In this document: piece by piece, positions 47,741 to 57,201 of the stretch | Layout: each line of letters starts with the position of its first letter | How positions within the stretch are numbered: the stretch's first letter is position 1 | Assembly (NCBI GenBank): GCA_023380755.1 | Contig: JAMCSD010000006.1 | Coordinates: 39,841 to 103,840, forward strand | Reading direction: 5' to 3' | From: Patescibacteria group bacterium | GTDB taxonomy: Bacteria; Patescibacteriota; Microgenomatia; UBA12405 | DNA length: 64,000 bases | Translations under genes and position numbers: made by a program | The notes under the pieces: model-generated | What the model was told of the DNA's origin: nothing | The model's database searches: none | Seen by the model: the letters and a program-made list of their open reading frames with translations, nothing else

Positions 47741-48364
47741 TCAGTTTGGGATATTTTTTCCTGAAGCGTTTTTACAGCGGTTATTTACGTTACCGCATTC
47801 CAAGTTACAGGTTGAATCCCGACCATATAACTTTGGGCATTGGCTCATACTTGGGTCATTGAAAAGTTCGCAATCTCCCAGTTTTCCTCCACCGGGAGCA
47901 CACACATACGAACAACGGACCAGTCCGGCATTGGTACTCGAAATCCCATAATTATAAATACAATCCGGGCCGCACCCGCCCTCGCAGCCCACCAGTTTAA
48001 TTGATTCATCCTGGTCATAAGTTAGCAGGGTATACACTTGAAACGATTGTGGCTCTCCACCCTTAGTATGATACACATAAGGTTCATTGCTGACCGGATC
48101 ACACGGTATGATGGGGGAAACTACTTTTTGATTAAACTCCAATGGTTGGCCGCAATTGGGTAGTTCTCTCGGATAAGTTCCCGCGTCGGAATAATAACTC
48201 TCCAAATAAGTTTTAATTTTCTGCAAGTCAGCCTTCCGCCGGGCATCATAGGCCCGATTGATCAGCGAAGGCATTACCATATACGAAACCACCATTAACA
48301 TTGCTAATATTGCTACCGATATCATTATTTCCACCAAAGAAAACCCCGACTGTTTCATTCCCAC
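47741..48364 (-). CDS. type IV pilin / GspG-like prepilin
   Basis: QSGFSLVEIMI N-methylation motif, DARRKADL, Cys-rich C-terminus. Confidence 0.9.
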   Translation of the reverse strand: MGMKQSGFSLVEIMISVAILAMLMVVSYMVMPSLINRAYDARRKADLQKIKTYLESYYSDAGTYPRELPNCGQPLEFNQKVVSPIIPCDPVSNEPYVYHTKGGEPQSFQVYTLLTYDQDESIKLVGCEGGCGPDCIYNYGISSTNAGLVRCSYVCAPGGGKLGDCELFNDPSMSQCPKLYGRDSTCNLECGNVNNRCKNASGKNIPN

Positions 48365-48474
48365 TTGTTTTCATTATAGCTTAGGGTTAATTTTAATGCT
48401 AATTTGCCCGTGCTATACTCCCGGTGTTCTTTAATAATCCTTAAGCTTAACGCTCAACCGGAGGTATTTGTCAG

Positions 48475-48858
48475 ATGAACAAGACCTGGCTTCGACTCAC
48501 CACCATTCGCCTTACCCGTCCCGACGGCAGTTCGGAAATTGTTGATCTCTTTCGGATCGGTCATCTTAAGCCTGGTAACGAAGAGTGTGTTGTTTGCGGT
48601 ATGCCGGTTAGTACTAACCACCCGGCTTATGTTTTTCGTTTCCGTAACCGAAACTATGGCTCTATTTATATTCCCGCCCACCCCCAGCATTTCCCGGTAG
48701 CCGAGGAAAGGATGGCCCGTCTTCAGGAACGGCTTCGAACCGCCTATCGTTTGGCTCCTCTGCAAGACCTCAACGATCCCTTTACCCAACTCTTAGACAA
48801 ATTCAAATTACGCTGGTATCCTGTCACCCAAGACACCGAAGTCTTAGTGAGCGTTTAA
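48475..48858 (+). CDS. hypothetical protein (CxxC)
   Basis: 127-aa ATG ORF with a GGAGG RBS upstream. Confidence 0.6.
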   Translation: MNKTWLRLTTIRLTRPDGSSEIVDLFRIGHLKPGNEECVVCGMPVSTNHPAYVFRFRNRNYGSIYIPAHPQHFPVAEERMARLQERLRTAYRLAPLQDLNDPFTQLLDKFKLRWYPVTQDTEVLVSV

Positions 48859-49096
48859 GCTTAAACACCCGTATTCATGGAAACCTCAAATTAATCCCAA
48901 AGCGGATCTAATTATAAAAATTTTCATGATACGGGTGTTTCGGATTGTCTAATCCTGACTCCTTTTTGGGATAATAAATCATGGCCTGGTCAAATTCCTG
49001 GATCATCATTAATTCTAAAAGCAGTCATGGAAAAATACCCAGAGTCATTATTCGCACTTTATACCGGCCGTCTGGTGCTACAATCGTTATTACTGT

Positions 49097-50056
49097 ATGG
49101 CTCGAGTAAATCCGGAAAATTCCCCTGACTATTTGTCAAATATTTATTCTCAAATTTTTGAGGAAAGGCTTCGCCAGCAAGCTGCCTTAGATAAAATTTT
49201 TGATGATATTCTGGTTCGCCAAGGTGGTTGGGATAAATTTTTACTTTACACCCAGCCGGGGAATTTAAAAGTTTGGGCCTATCGCAATACTGACGCCGAA
49301 TTAGATCATATCGGTATCGGTGCTATTCATGGTGGTTCTGAAGAAATTGGCTATGTTGCCTGGGCCGATTACGCCTCAAAATTAATCGAGATCGATCGAA
49401 GGTTCCTTCTCATTCCTTGCGCCAACAAATGGGGGCACGCCCACTTAGAGCGTTATAGCCCTAACGGCCAAAGTGTTGGCGACGCCGGCGAGTTTTTTGG
49501 CGCCAGCCTTACCTGTCCCACCCCCGAGTCCGAGCACCTTCTCCGATTTTTCGCCGCCCAAAAAATCAAACCCGAACTGCCGCTCGCCCGAGTCACCGAT
49601 CGTACACGGGTCCTCGACATTCATGAAGACACTTCCTGGGATGATAGCCTGGAGGGTTTGATTGGTCCTGCTCGCCTTCGCGCTTTGGTCCAAATATATC
49701 GTGGTTACGCCTATCACAACGGTAAAACTCGGAACAGTCCCGATGCTAATTATACTTACCTCTATTTCAATAGTCGGGGCAGCGAAGATCACCCTCTGGT
49801 CCACCGGGTCACGGCCACCGTCCGGGCCAATGGCAACCACCTTCCCCGTTATGCCTCGACCCGCTTTTCAGGGGAAACCGTCAGCGAGGGTGTGGTCTGG
49901 AACTCTCAGGATCTTTCCCTGGGTCATGCCCTGGCCTTTATGGGTGCCTCCGTAATTACTGCCGAGACTCTCCGCCGCACCCCTCTGGACCCCACCCTTC
50001 AGTTTCGCCGCCATCAGCAGCGGCTGATTATTGATACCTTCCTCGGACTCCGTTAA
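49097..50056 (+). CDS. M14-like metallopeptidase / deacylase-fold protein
   Basis: GAIHGGSEE, LIPCANKWG and VLDIHED resemble the M14/AstE HxxE and LDxH Zn ligands. Confidence 0.6.
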   Translation: MARVNPENSPDYLSNIYSQIFEERLRQQAALDKIFDDILVRQGGWDKFLLYTQPGNLKVWAYRNTDAELDHIGIGAIHGGSEEIGYVAWADYASKLIEIDRRFLLIPCANKWGHAHLERYSPNGQSVGDAGEFFGASLTCPTPESEHLLRFFAAQKIKPELPLARVTDRTRVLDIHEDTSWDDSLEGLIGPARLRALVQIYRGYAYHNGKTRNSPDANYTYLYFNSRGSEDHPLVHRVTATVRANGNHLPRYASTRFSGETVSEGVVWNSQDLSLGHALAFMGASVITAETLRRTPLDPTLQFRRHQQRLIIDTFLGLR

Positions 50057-50256
50057 AAATCTTCCTCCGAATAATTTATCTTTTGGATCTTGACGGTTAA
50101 TTTCTCCCGATGGTAAAATTTCCGGCTGGTTAAATCAACACGGATTTTTGCGTCTGTTCAGGTTTAATAAAAAAGCACCTTAAAATCGGAAGAAAAACTC
50201 GTCTCTTCAAGCTTTCCATTTCTGGATTAGCTTTAACTTTTTAAAGGAGAATCGTT

Positions 50257-50565
50257 ATGTGTGGTCCAATGGTCCCCATGGGTATACCCATCACTGATGA
50301 TATTCATAAGCGTTATTCGCCGGAGCTTCAAGCCGCCTGGGAGACTTTTCATAGCTGGCTGGTCCAACAACCCGACTGGTTCATCTCTGAAAACGACATG
50401 TCCCCCGAAGTCGCTCAAGCTCGTCAACTCATTCTGGCTGCCCCCATTCCGGGTTTCGAGTCAGAGGGACTCACTGGCGCTGATAGTTGCTATATGCACG
50501 GGGTGTCCGAACGTTTAGGCCAAACCTTTCCTGTCTCCACAGAGCTCTTAGTCAACCTTAACTAA
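50257..50565 (+). CDS. hypothetical protein
   Basis: AAAGGAG RBS, 102 aa. Confidence 0.6.
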   Translation: MCGPMVPMGIPITDDIHKRYSPELQAAWETFHSWLVQQPDWFISENDMSPEVAQARQLILAAPIPGFESEGLTGADSCYMHGVSERLGQTFPVSTELLVNLN

Positions 50566-50661
50566 TCATTTCTTCCGTTGCCCCCAATTTGGGTTCTAAA
50601 AATATCCATGTTGGGGGTTTAATTTTCTACTTTCTCACTTTTATGCTACCCTGTAGGTAAT

Positions 50662-51459
50662 ATGACACTTACACCCCTTTCCCAAATTTTTAATCTTTCC
50701 TCTAAAACCGCCATTGTTACCGGTGGCGCCATGGGGATCGGTCTGGGCATTGTTATTCGTTTGGCCGAAGCCGGGGCCAATGTAGTTATCGCCGATGTTA
50801 ACGACACTGCCGGTAATGCGGCCGTTACTGATTTACAAAACCAGGGCTTTAAAGTCGCATTTATCAAAACTGATGTTAGTTCCGAAACCGATGTGGCTGC
50901 CGCCGTTAATTTTGCCGTCACTACCTTTGGTGGACTGGATATTGTGGTCAACAATGCCGGTATTTACCCCACTATTCCGGTAATGCAGCTCGATTTGGCC
51001 ACCTTTGATAAGGTCCTGGCCATCAACCTCAAAAGCGTTTTCCTTTTTACCAAAGCTGCCGCTGCCAAAATGATTGAGCAGGGGAGAGGTGGCAAGATTA
51101 TCAATGTCTCTTCCATTGATGCTCTTCACCCTTCATCTGTCGGCTTAGCGGTTTACGATGCTTCTAAACATGGCGTCTGGGGTTTTACCAAAAATTCTGC
51201 CCTGGAACTTGCTCCTCATAACATTACCGTTAATGCCATTGCTCCCGGTGGTATTGCTACCCCTGGTACTGGCATGGGTACCGGCAATGTCTCTCCCGAC
51301 ATGAAAGCCATTATCGACAAGTTCGTCGCCCGGATTCCCTTAAAGCGGATGGGTGAGGCTGATGATATCGGCAAAGTGGCTCTCTTTTTAGCCTCCGACC
51401 TGGCGGGTTATATGACTGGTTCCCAAGTGGTCGTCGACGGCGGAGTGCTCCTTTCCTAA
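50662..51459 (+). CDS. SDR-family oxidoreductase (FabG-like)
   Basis: TGGAMGIG, NNAG, YDASK, VNAIAPG. Confidence 0.95.
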   Translation: MTLTPLSQIFNLSSKTAIVTGGAMGIGLGIVIRLAEAGANVVIADVNDTAGNAAVTDLQNQGFKVAFIKTDVSSETDVAAAVNFAVTTFGGLDIVVNNAGIYPTIPVMQLDLATFDKVLAINLKSVFLFTKAAAAKMIEQGRGGKIINVSSIDALHPSSVGLAVYDASKHGVWGFTKNSALELAPHNITVNAIAPGGIATPGTGMGTGNVSPDMKAIIDKFVARIPLKRMGEADDIGKVALFLASDLAGYMTGSQVVVDGGVLLS

Positions 51460-51504
51460 TCACTGAGTCCTATAATACGCATTTCGTGATAAAATATATC
51501 CGAA

Positions 51505-53337
51505 ATGTCCAAGGAAAAAGCTACACTTTTCCATACCGAAAAATTAACGTTACTGCCCGGTATTACTGTTCAGGGTCCCCTAGGCCTAGATTTCTTTCAG
51601 GCTGATTCTGCCTCTCACCCTAAACTGGCCCGCGAAGCTGCCGCCCGCCGCCATCTTTATGATCTAACCAAAGCCGTCTTAGATGACAGCCAACCTTTTA
51701 ATAACCCCACCCTTTTAACCGAATTGTATCAACATCTGACCACTTTCTTGGCCGCCGATGATCTTCACGGTCGCCTTCTGCTTTATCTACCCGAAAAACT
51801 ATTGCCCGACACCCACCAGCCCGCCAAAACCACTGCCCTCCGTCAATCGGAAATGGCTTTTGTGGCTCAATATCAACAGAGTTGGCTCCGCCTCCTTTTT
51901 GAAAGTAACTCCCGAGCTGCCTTTGTTGACGGCGATGTTCTGGAGCCAGGCTTGGGTGAACCGCCCACTGTCCGCAAGGCCGCCCACCTCCTTCCCGATA
52001 TTTTGGCTCATGGCCTTGTCCCGCTTGGTGACATTGCCGACCTTTACCGCTTTTGTGATGATCCGGAATTGGTCCAGTCTTTATCCGAGGGCCTGATTGT
52101 GGCTGCCGACCACGGCCTGGTTAGTCCCGACTTTCTTCATCATCTGGGCATCGAAATCCCACCAGTAACCACCGCCGATAACACCCCTAATTCTCCAGAT
52201 CCCCTCGATTATCTTCGCCAATCCTTAATCCAAATTGATCTCCGCTATTCTCCCGGTTCACCTTTCATTTCTCATTGGAGCCCGGCCCGGATTAAATGGG
52301 ATCAGCAGGTCCAGCGCGATGCGGCTATCAACCGAACCGCCGAAATCCTCTCCCAACGTCTGATTTTGACCCCTCATTCCACGGCGGCTATTGATACTTT
52401 ATTTACCCAGCGTGGTTATGACCATGCTTATACCCTCGTCGCTTTAAAAGGCCTCTTTCTTGCCGGCCAAAATGTTTCCGCCATTGTCGATACCTACTTA
52501 CCGCTTATCACCAATCTTTGGTCGGCGGCTCCCCCCACGGAAATCAAAAATTCGATTGCCAGTGGTCTAAACCATTGGGCCCGGCTCGGTTTAGTTTCTC
52601 CTAACTTGCTTCATCATTTAAATATCCCTTATCCTGATTTGGCTTCCCCTCTGCCGGTTAGCCCCCGGGAACTGTTTACTGGTGAATTCCGGTATTTAAC
52701 TGATGTCGTCCAGACCATACACCGGGATCCCCAATTATCCACTCTCTTTTACCCGGCCATTTTGGTATTCGGCTCTCGCGTCAAAGGTATTGCTGATTTG
52801 GCCGCCGATCACGATTTAGCCGTATTTTTAAAGCCCGACACCCCTTGGAGTCAGCGTCAGCCGGCCTTGGCTCTTCTCAAAGAAAAAAATCCCTCTTTAA
52901 ATCGCCTCGACAAAATCCTGGAATATTGGGTCTCTCAAAAAGATGGTCAGCTTGGCCTAAAACCCGTCCCCGAGGGCACTACCACTGTCGCTGGTCCCGG
53001 AGAAATCCATTTCTTAATAGACGGTTTTTGGATTGGCGCCCAGGGGGGCTACGAAACTCTTTACGCCCATCTCGCCCAAAAGTATTTAGATCTCAGCCGC
53101 TTTGGTGATCAAAAATCCGCCGTCCGTTCCCAGCTTTTGCACAAACTCGAGCTTGACCTGCTGCAGTTCCGCTTAATGCACAAAGGCTATCGCCGCTTTT
53201 ACCCCACCGCCCGGCCGGTCAATGCTCCTCATGCCGCCCTGATTGATGGCGATAGTGATTTTTGGGACCCCGGGTACCGCCGCATTGCCACTCTCCTCTT
53301 TCTTAGCCGGGTCTTTTTACCGGATATCTCGGCATAA
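51505..53337 (+). CDS. large protein with a C-terminal nucleotidyltransferase-like domain
   Basis: ILVFGSRVKGIADLAADHDLAVF fits the GS...DxD motif. Confidence 0.65.
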   Translation: MSKEKATLFHTEKLTLLPGITVQGPLGLDFFQADSASHPKLAREAAARRHLYDLTKAVLDDSQPFNNPTLLTELYQHLTTFLAADDLHGRLLLYLPEKLLPDTHQPAKTTALRQSEMAFVAQYQQSWLRLLFESNSRAAFVDGDVLEPGLGEPPTVRKAAHLLPDILAHGLVPLGDIADLYRFCDDPELVQSLSEGLIVAADHGLVSPDFLHHLGIEIPPVTTADNTPNSPDPLDYLRQSLIQIDLRYSPGSPFISHWSPARIKWDQQVQRDAAINRTAEILSQRLILTPHSTAAIDTLFTQRGYDHAYTLVALKGLFLAGQNVSAIVDTYLPLITNLWSAAPPTEIKNSIASGLNHWARLGLVSPNLLHHLNIPYPDLASPLPVSPRELFTGEFRYLTDVVQTIHRDPQLSTLFYPAILVFGSRVKGIADLAADHDLAVFLKPDTPWSQRQPALALLKEKNPSLNRLDKILEYWVSQKDGQLGLKPVPEGTTTVAGPGEIHFLIDGFWIGAQGGYETLYAHLAQKYLDLSRFGDQKSAVRSQLLHKLELDLLQFRLMHKGYRRFYPTARPVNAPHAALIDGDSDFWDPGYRRIATLLFLSRVFLPDISA

Positions 53338-54756
53338 CATTTTTTCCCAACTTTCCCGAAAGCTTCGGTCCGAGGCCAATGGCCCCCGGGCCACCGCCAC
53401 CACCGGCAGTCCTAATTTCTCCTCCACGTAACCCAAAAAGACCTCTTCCAGCGTTTTCCCCTTTTCTGGTATTAGTACTTTTAGTATCGGCTCACATTGC
53501 TTTAGTAATTGGGTTAATTCTAACTGGTGCTGATATCTAGCCTTTTCGTCTTTGCTCGGATTAAATTTAATTCCTATAATAAGGCCATTTTGTATTTCAA
53601 AATAATCTTCCAGATTCTTCTGGTTTCCCTTATATTGATAAGATTCGCATACCGGCCATTCGCTTTTATCAGCTAACTTGTCTAAGTAGCTAATCATTAA
53701 ACCATTGACCGGTTGCTGCCGCCCGCTTACTTTGAGGGAATAATTTAACGCCACACTGTCATAAAATCCGTTCTGAAACTCCCCATACCAATCACTACTG
53801 GCACTATTGTGCGTCTCCCCAATTGACCGGGTTAATTCCGGTGAGTAACTGACAAAAGGTGCCTTCCCTCCGTGCCGGGTTAGGTAGCAGCGGCTCACGC
53901 CGAGGTGCACTCTTTCCCCTTGGTAAAGATGGCGATCCAGCAGTGTAGCTACCGGCCCGGGGGTCGGGTCAACCTGAGTTCCGTACGGAGCATAGCCCCA
54001 GCGGGCATCTAATAATGTCCCGTGTGAGGACTCACAAACCATCACCCCCCGCCGTTGTAATAATTCACTCAAATAACGCTCATCAGTTATTTCCACCAAA
54101 TCAGCCAAATACTTAAACGATTGTACTACTAGTGGTCCGATTTCCTTGTCGCCTAATACCGCCAATTCTGCTTCGGCTTCTGTTGTCACTTGGCCTTTAC
54201 CTATTTGGCTTACAATTTCTTGCGCCTGTTCGAGTTTCCGTAAGCGGATGGCTTCTACTTTAGCCAGCAACGCCCTTTCTTCCTCCCGAAATTCCCGTAC
54301 CCGAATACTAATCGTGGGGTCATCGGCATCCCGCAGGGCATCTCCGACCCCTTTTCCCACTGTCCCTTTCTTATCGTCACCCCGCATAATTTCCCGAAAC
54401 CGGCTAATTGCCCCATGATAAGGCGTCGTCACTAAACATGATTCATCAAGGGTAATCAGCGAGAGAGGATTCGCCACTCCTTTACCTTCGATCTGCATTG
54501 CTTCCTCAAACAAATCGGCCGGGCTTATCACCATTTGGTTGAGATACGTCGGCACGCGGTTAAAAGTCCCGCTGCTAAAATGGCTAAACATTTGCTCCCG
54601 ACCATCCCCGGTGACAATAAAATGCCCCGCCTGCCAACCGCCTTTCCGCCAAATCGTATGGGCGTTTAGCTGGTTAGCCAACCACTCCACACAGGCGCCT
54701 TTTGTTTCTTCGCCGGTGGCCAATCCGGTCACAAAAACAAATTCTTTTTTATTCAT
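53317..54756 (-). CDS. divergent adenylosuccinate synthetase (PurA)-like protein
   Basis: GLATGEETKG, GGWQAGH, GTVGKGVG, ESSHGTLLD, YLTRHG, ISYLD, VARGP follow the PurA motif order with substitutions. Confidence 0.85.
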   Translation of the reverse strand: MNKKEFVFVTGLATGEETKGACVEWLANQLNAHTIWRKGGWQAGHFIVTGDGREQMFSHFSSGTFNRVPTYLNQMVISPADLFEEAMQIEGKGVANPLSLITLDESCLVTTPYHGAISRFREIMRGDDKKGTVGKGVGDALRDADDPTISIRVREFREEERALLAKVEAIRLRKLEQAQEIVSQIGKGQVTTEAEAELAVLGDKEIGPLVVQSFKYLADLVEITDERYLSELLQRRGVMVCESSHGTLLDARWGYAPYGTQVDPTPGPVATLLDRHLYQGERVHLGVSRCYLTRHGGKAPFVSYSPELTRSIGETHNSASSDWYGEFQNGFYDSVALNYSLKVSGRQQPVNGLMISYLDKLADKSEWPVCESYQYKGNQKNLEDYFEIQNGLIIGIKFNPSKDEKARYQHQLELTQLLKQCEPILKVLIPEKGKTLEEVFLGYVEEKLGLPVVAVARGPLASDRSFRESWEKMLCRDIR

Positions 54757-54925
54757 AATTCCTTTCGTCCTTAAACTACCCGCCAATTGCGGGGGACTCA
54801 TCAGACTCGATTATATCGAGTGAGGAATCGCAGCCCGGCGAAGACTTTAGAAGGGAAACCTTCTTGAATCTTCGCCGGTGTTAAGCTGCCGCTTAAACTA
54901 CTGCTTTTGCAAGAGAGTAGTTATT

Positions 54926-56092
54926 CTAAAACTTACCCCAGTCCATGCCGCCTTTCTTGGTCTTTGGCGTTACCGCCTTACCGGGTGTCAACCGCGCTGT
55001 GGTCGGTTTATCCGGTACGGGGTTTTCCGCTGACCTTGGGTGGCCAATAGGCCATGGGTTACGCAGATCTGAAAACACATCACCTGGCTTGGGGATCGAC
55101 TTATAGCCGGGCAGTTTTACCTGGGCCCCAAAGTGCTCTCGCGCCTCCTGCAGCCATCCCCAAACTTGACTCACCCCAGCCTTGGTGATCCGCTTGTTCG
55201 CTCCTTCGACCGTCAGGAATTCGACCAGACCTTCCAGAGTTGGTTGTAACGTTTCCGTGACGTAAATCAAGCCGGCCTGCACCTCTGCCAGGTACTCTGG
55301 ATCGGTGACCTTCACCACTCGGCCGGTTCCTAGCACCTCGGTCCACCATTTTGTGGTGTGGGAGTGGAGCTCTCCGCCGTAAGCGACTTGCACATAAAAG
55401 ATGTGCCACTGAGTTAGGAGCTGGGCACATATCGCCTTCGTCGTCATTCGCTTTTGCCACTCCTGCCCCAGGTGCTCCTGGACATCTGCCTGGGTCACTT
55501 CACCGCGGCCAATTTCATCAGCTACGATCGACACGTATCCCTTTAGGCCGTAAAACGGGAAAATATCAGTATCCACACCCACCATCAGGTAAGCTAAGCC
55601 TAAGTCGTAGTCTTCTGTAGCATCACCGCCGCCGTGGTCAGGAACCAACAATCGGATCTGTTCGGCAATCCGTACATCAGACTCGAATTGGGTCATTTGG
55701 ACCACCGGGTGCGGGTCGCAAACGTCCTGCCAGACAGCACTTGCTACTTGGGTGTTGTACCGCCGCCGCAGCACATCAAACATCTTATCCATCGCCGGAA
55801 TTGCTTCAAAAGCCTTGCCCACCAGGGAGCCCATCGAACCGGTCCCATCGAAAGCGCCGACAATTGGCAGGGCAATTCCATTCTTCAGCACAAATCGTTC
55901 ACCGTCGCGCTCCATACTGTTATGCGACACCCGGCGTTTCCCTTTGATGTCCGCGTTCGGATCTAGTTTTCCCGTCTCCCGGAAAATCCTTTCGCCTTTG
56001 TCATGGACGGATTCTCGTGCCTCTCGCATCCGGCGAACCGTCTCGTCGTATTTGGCGCTGTTAAAAGTTGATGTATCTCCCTTTCTGCCCAT
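54926..56092 (-). CDS. vWA-domain protein
   Basis: MIDAS-like FDGTGSMG, QFESD, GGGDATEDY, VADE. Confidence 0.8.
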   Translation of the reverse strand: MGRKGDTSTFNSAKYDETVRRMREARESVHDKGERIFRETGKLDPNADIKGKRRVSHNSMERDGERFVLKNGIALPIVGAFDGTGSMGSLVGKAFEAIPAMDKMFDVLRRRYNTQVASAVWQDVCDPHPVVQMTQFESDVRIAEQIRLLVPDHGGGDATEDYDLGLAYLMVGVDTDIFPFYGLKGYVSIVADEIGRGEVTQADVQEHLGQEWQKRMTTKAICAQLLTQWHIFYVQVAYGGELHSHTTKWWTEVLGTGRVVKVTDPEYLAEVQAGLIYVTETLQPTLEGLVEFLTVEGANKRITKAGVSQVWGWLQEAREHFGAQVKLPGYKSIPKPGDVFSDLRNPWPIGHPRSAENPVPDKPTTARLTPGKAVTPKTKKGGMDWGKF

Positions 56093-56096
56093 GATT

Positions 56097-57056
56097 TCAC
56101 CTCACAAATGGATAGCTGACGAACACATGGAATGGCCGTTTCGTCTGCCGTTTGCCGTTGAAGACAAACGACTCTTTTGGCCAGATCCGGTTAGCCATTT
56201 CATAAATGGCTTCAAACTCATCACTGGCCCCGGTTGTCTTTCCTGTCATAATCCTGGCCAGAAAATTGACGTACTCCTCATAACCACTCCGTGGCATTAC
56301 CCCGGCATCAAAAGGTGGCTTTTTTACATTAGTTCCTCCCGCCGCATACCAGGCTAAGCCGGCTGCTCGCTTGACCTCCTCACGCTTCTCTTCGTCACCC
56401 GGCTCTTCCATCGCCGCCGAAAAATCCAGTAAAAATACCCCATGGACTTCGGTTTCCAGCAACAAGTTGCCCGGCTCGATATTCCCTTGGGAATAACCCA
56501 CAGCGTGGACAAAATCCAACACCTTTAAGAGTTTGCCCAAAATCCACTGGACGGTCGCCAAATCGACTCGCTTGCCCTCGGTCACAATCGGTAGTGGCAC
56601 CAACTGCTTATAAGTCCGAATGCTCGGATGGTACCCTAAAAACATGGCTACTTGCTTGTCGTTGGGTTCGACTACCTCGACTACCCTGGGGAAAAAAGCT
56701 CCGTAATGCGGTGGTATTTGGTCATCGGCGACAGCATCCTCATCGGTCTGCTCGGCAATCTGCTGTAATTTTTCCAGTATCGCCACTTCGCGCCTGATCA
56801 CCTCCTGAAACCCAGGGGTATTAATTTTCATCAATCCCACCTGGTCATCCGGCATCTTGGTGACATAGAACCGGAAGGTTTCCGTTTCTACTAATGGACC
56901 CGGCGCTCCGGTGGCCCGGTCGAGGACCCCAAAAACCTCATAAGTGCCTTTCTTTCCTTCAAAACTGGACATGCTAATTAGGATAGGGTCATCCTCCTCA
57001 TCTCCCGCTACCAAGGCCCCGCCAGTCAGTGGAACCACGCTTAAACACTTTTCCAT
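56097..57056 (-). CDS. Ser/Thr protein kinase-fold protein (probable pseudokinase)
   Basis: GLMKI (beta3 Lys), RREVAILEKL (alphaC), HAVGYSQGNIEPGNLLL (catalytic loop without Asp), LLDFS. Confidence 0.7.
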   Translation of the reverse strand: MEKCLSVVPLTGGALVAGDEEDDPILISMSSFEGKKGTYEVFGVLDRATGAPGPLVETETFRFYVTKMPDDQVGLMKINTPGFQEVIRREVAILEKLQQIAEQTDEDAVADDQIPPHYGAFFPRVVEVVEPNDKQVAMFLGYHPSIRTYKQLVPLPIVTEGKRVDLATVQWILGKLLKVLDFVHAVGYSQGNIEPGNLLLETEVHGVFLLDFSAAMEEPGDEEKREEVKRAAGLAWYAAGGTNVKKPPFDAGVMPRSGYEEYVNFLARIMTGKTTGASDEFEAIYEMANRIWPKESFVFNGKRQTKRPFHVFVSYPFVR

Positions 57057-57201
57057 TGCTTTTCGCTCCTTAATAAATACTCTCTGCGTATTTCACTACT
57101 CTTCTTTTTTAAAGAACGCCCTATCTTACTATTAGATAAGCAAAATTGCAAAAGCTTTCGGCCAAACTTGCATTTTTTTTCGCTCCTTTGTATTATCGGC
57201 C

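Noticed and set aside
53317..54756. Calling the gene purA or purZ
   Set aside because: The motif GEETKG matches neither GDEGKG nor the Ser-containing PurZ form, and no purB, datZ or mazZ-like partner is adjacent.
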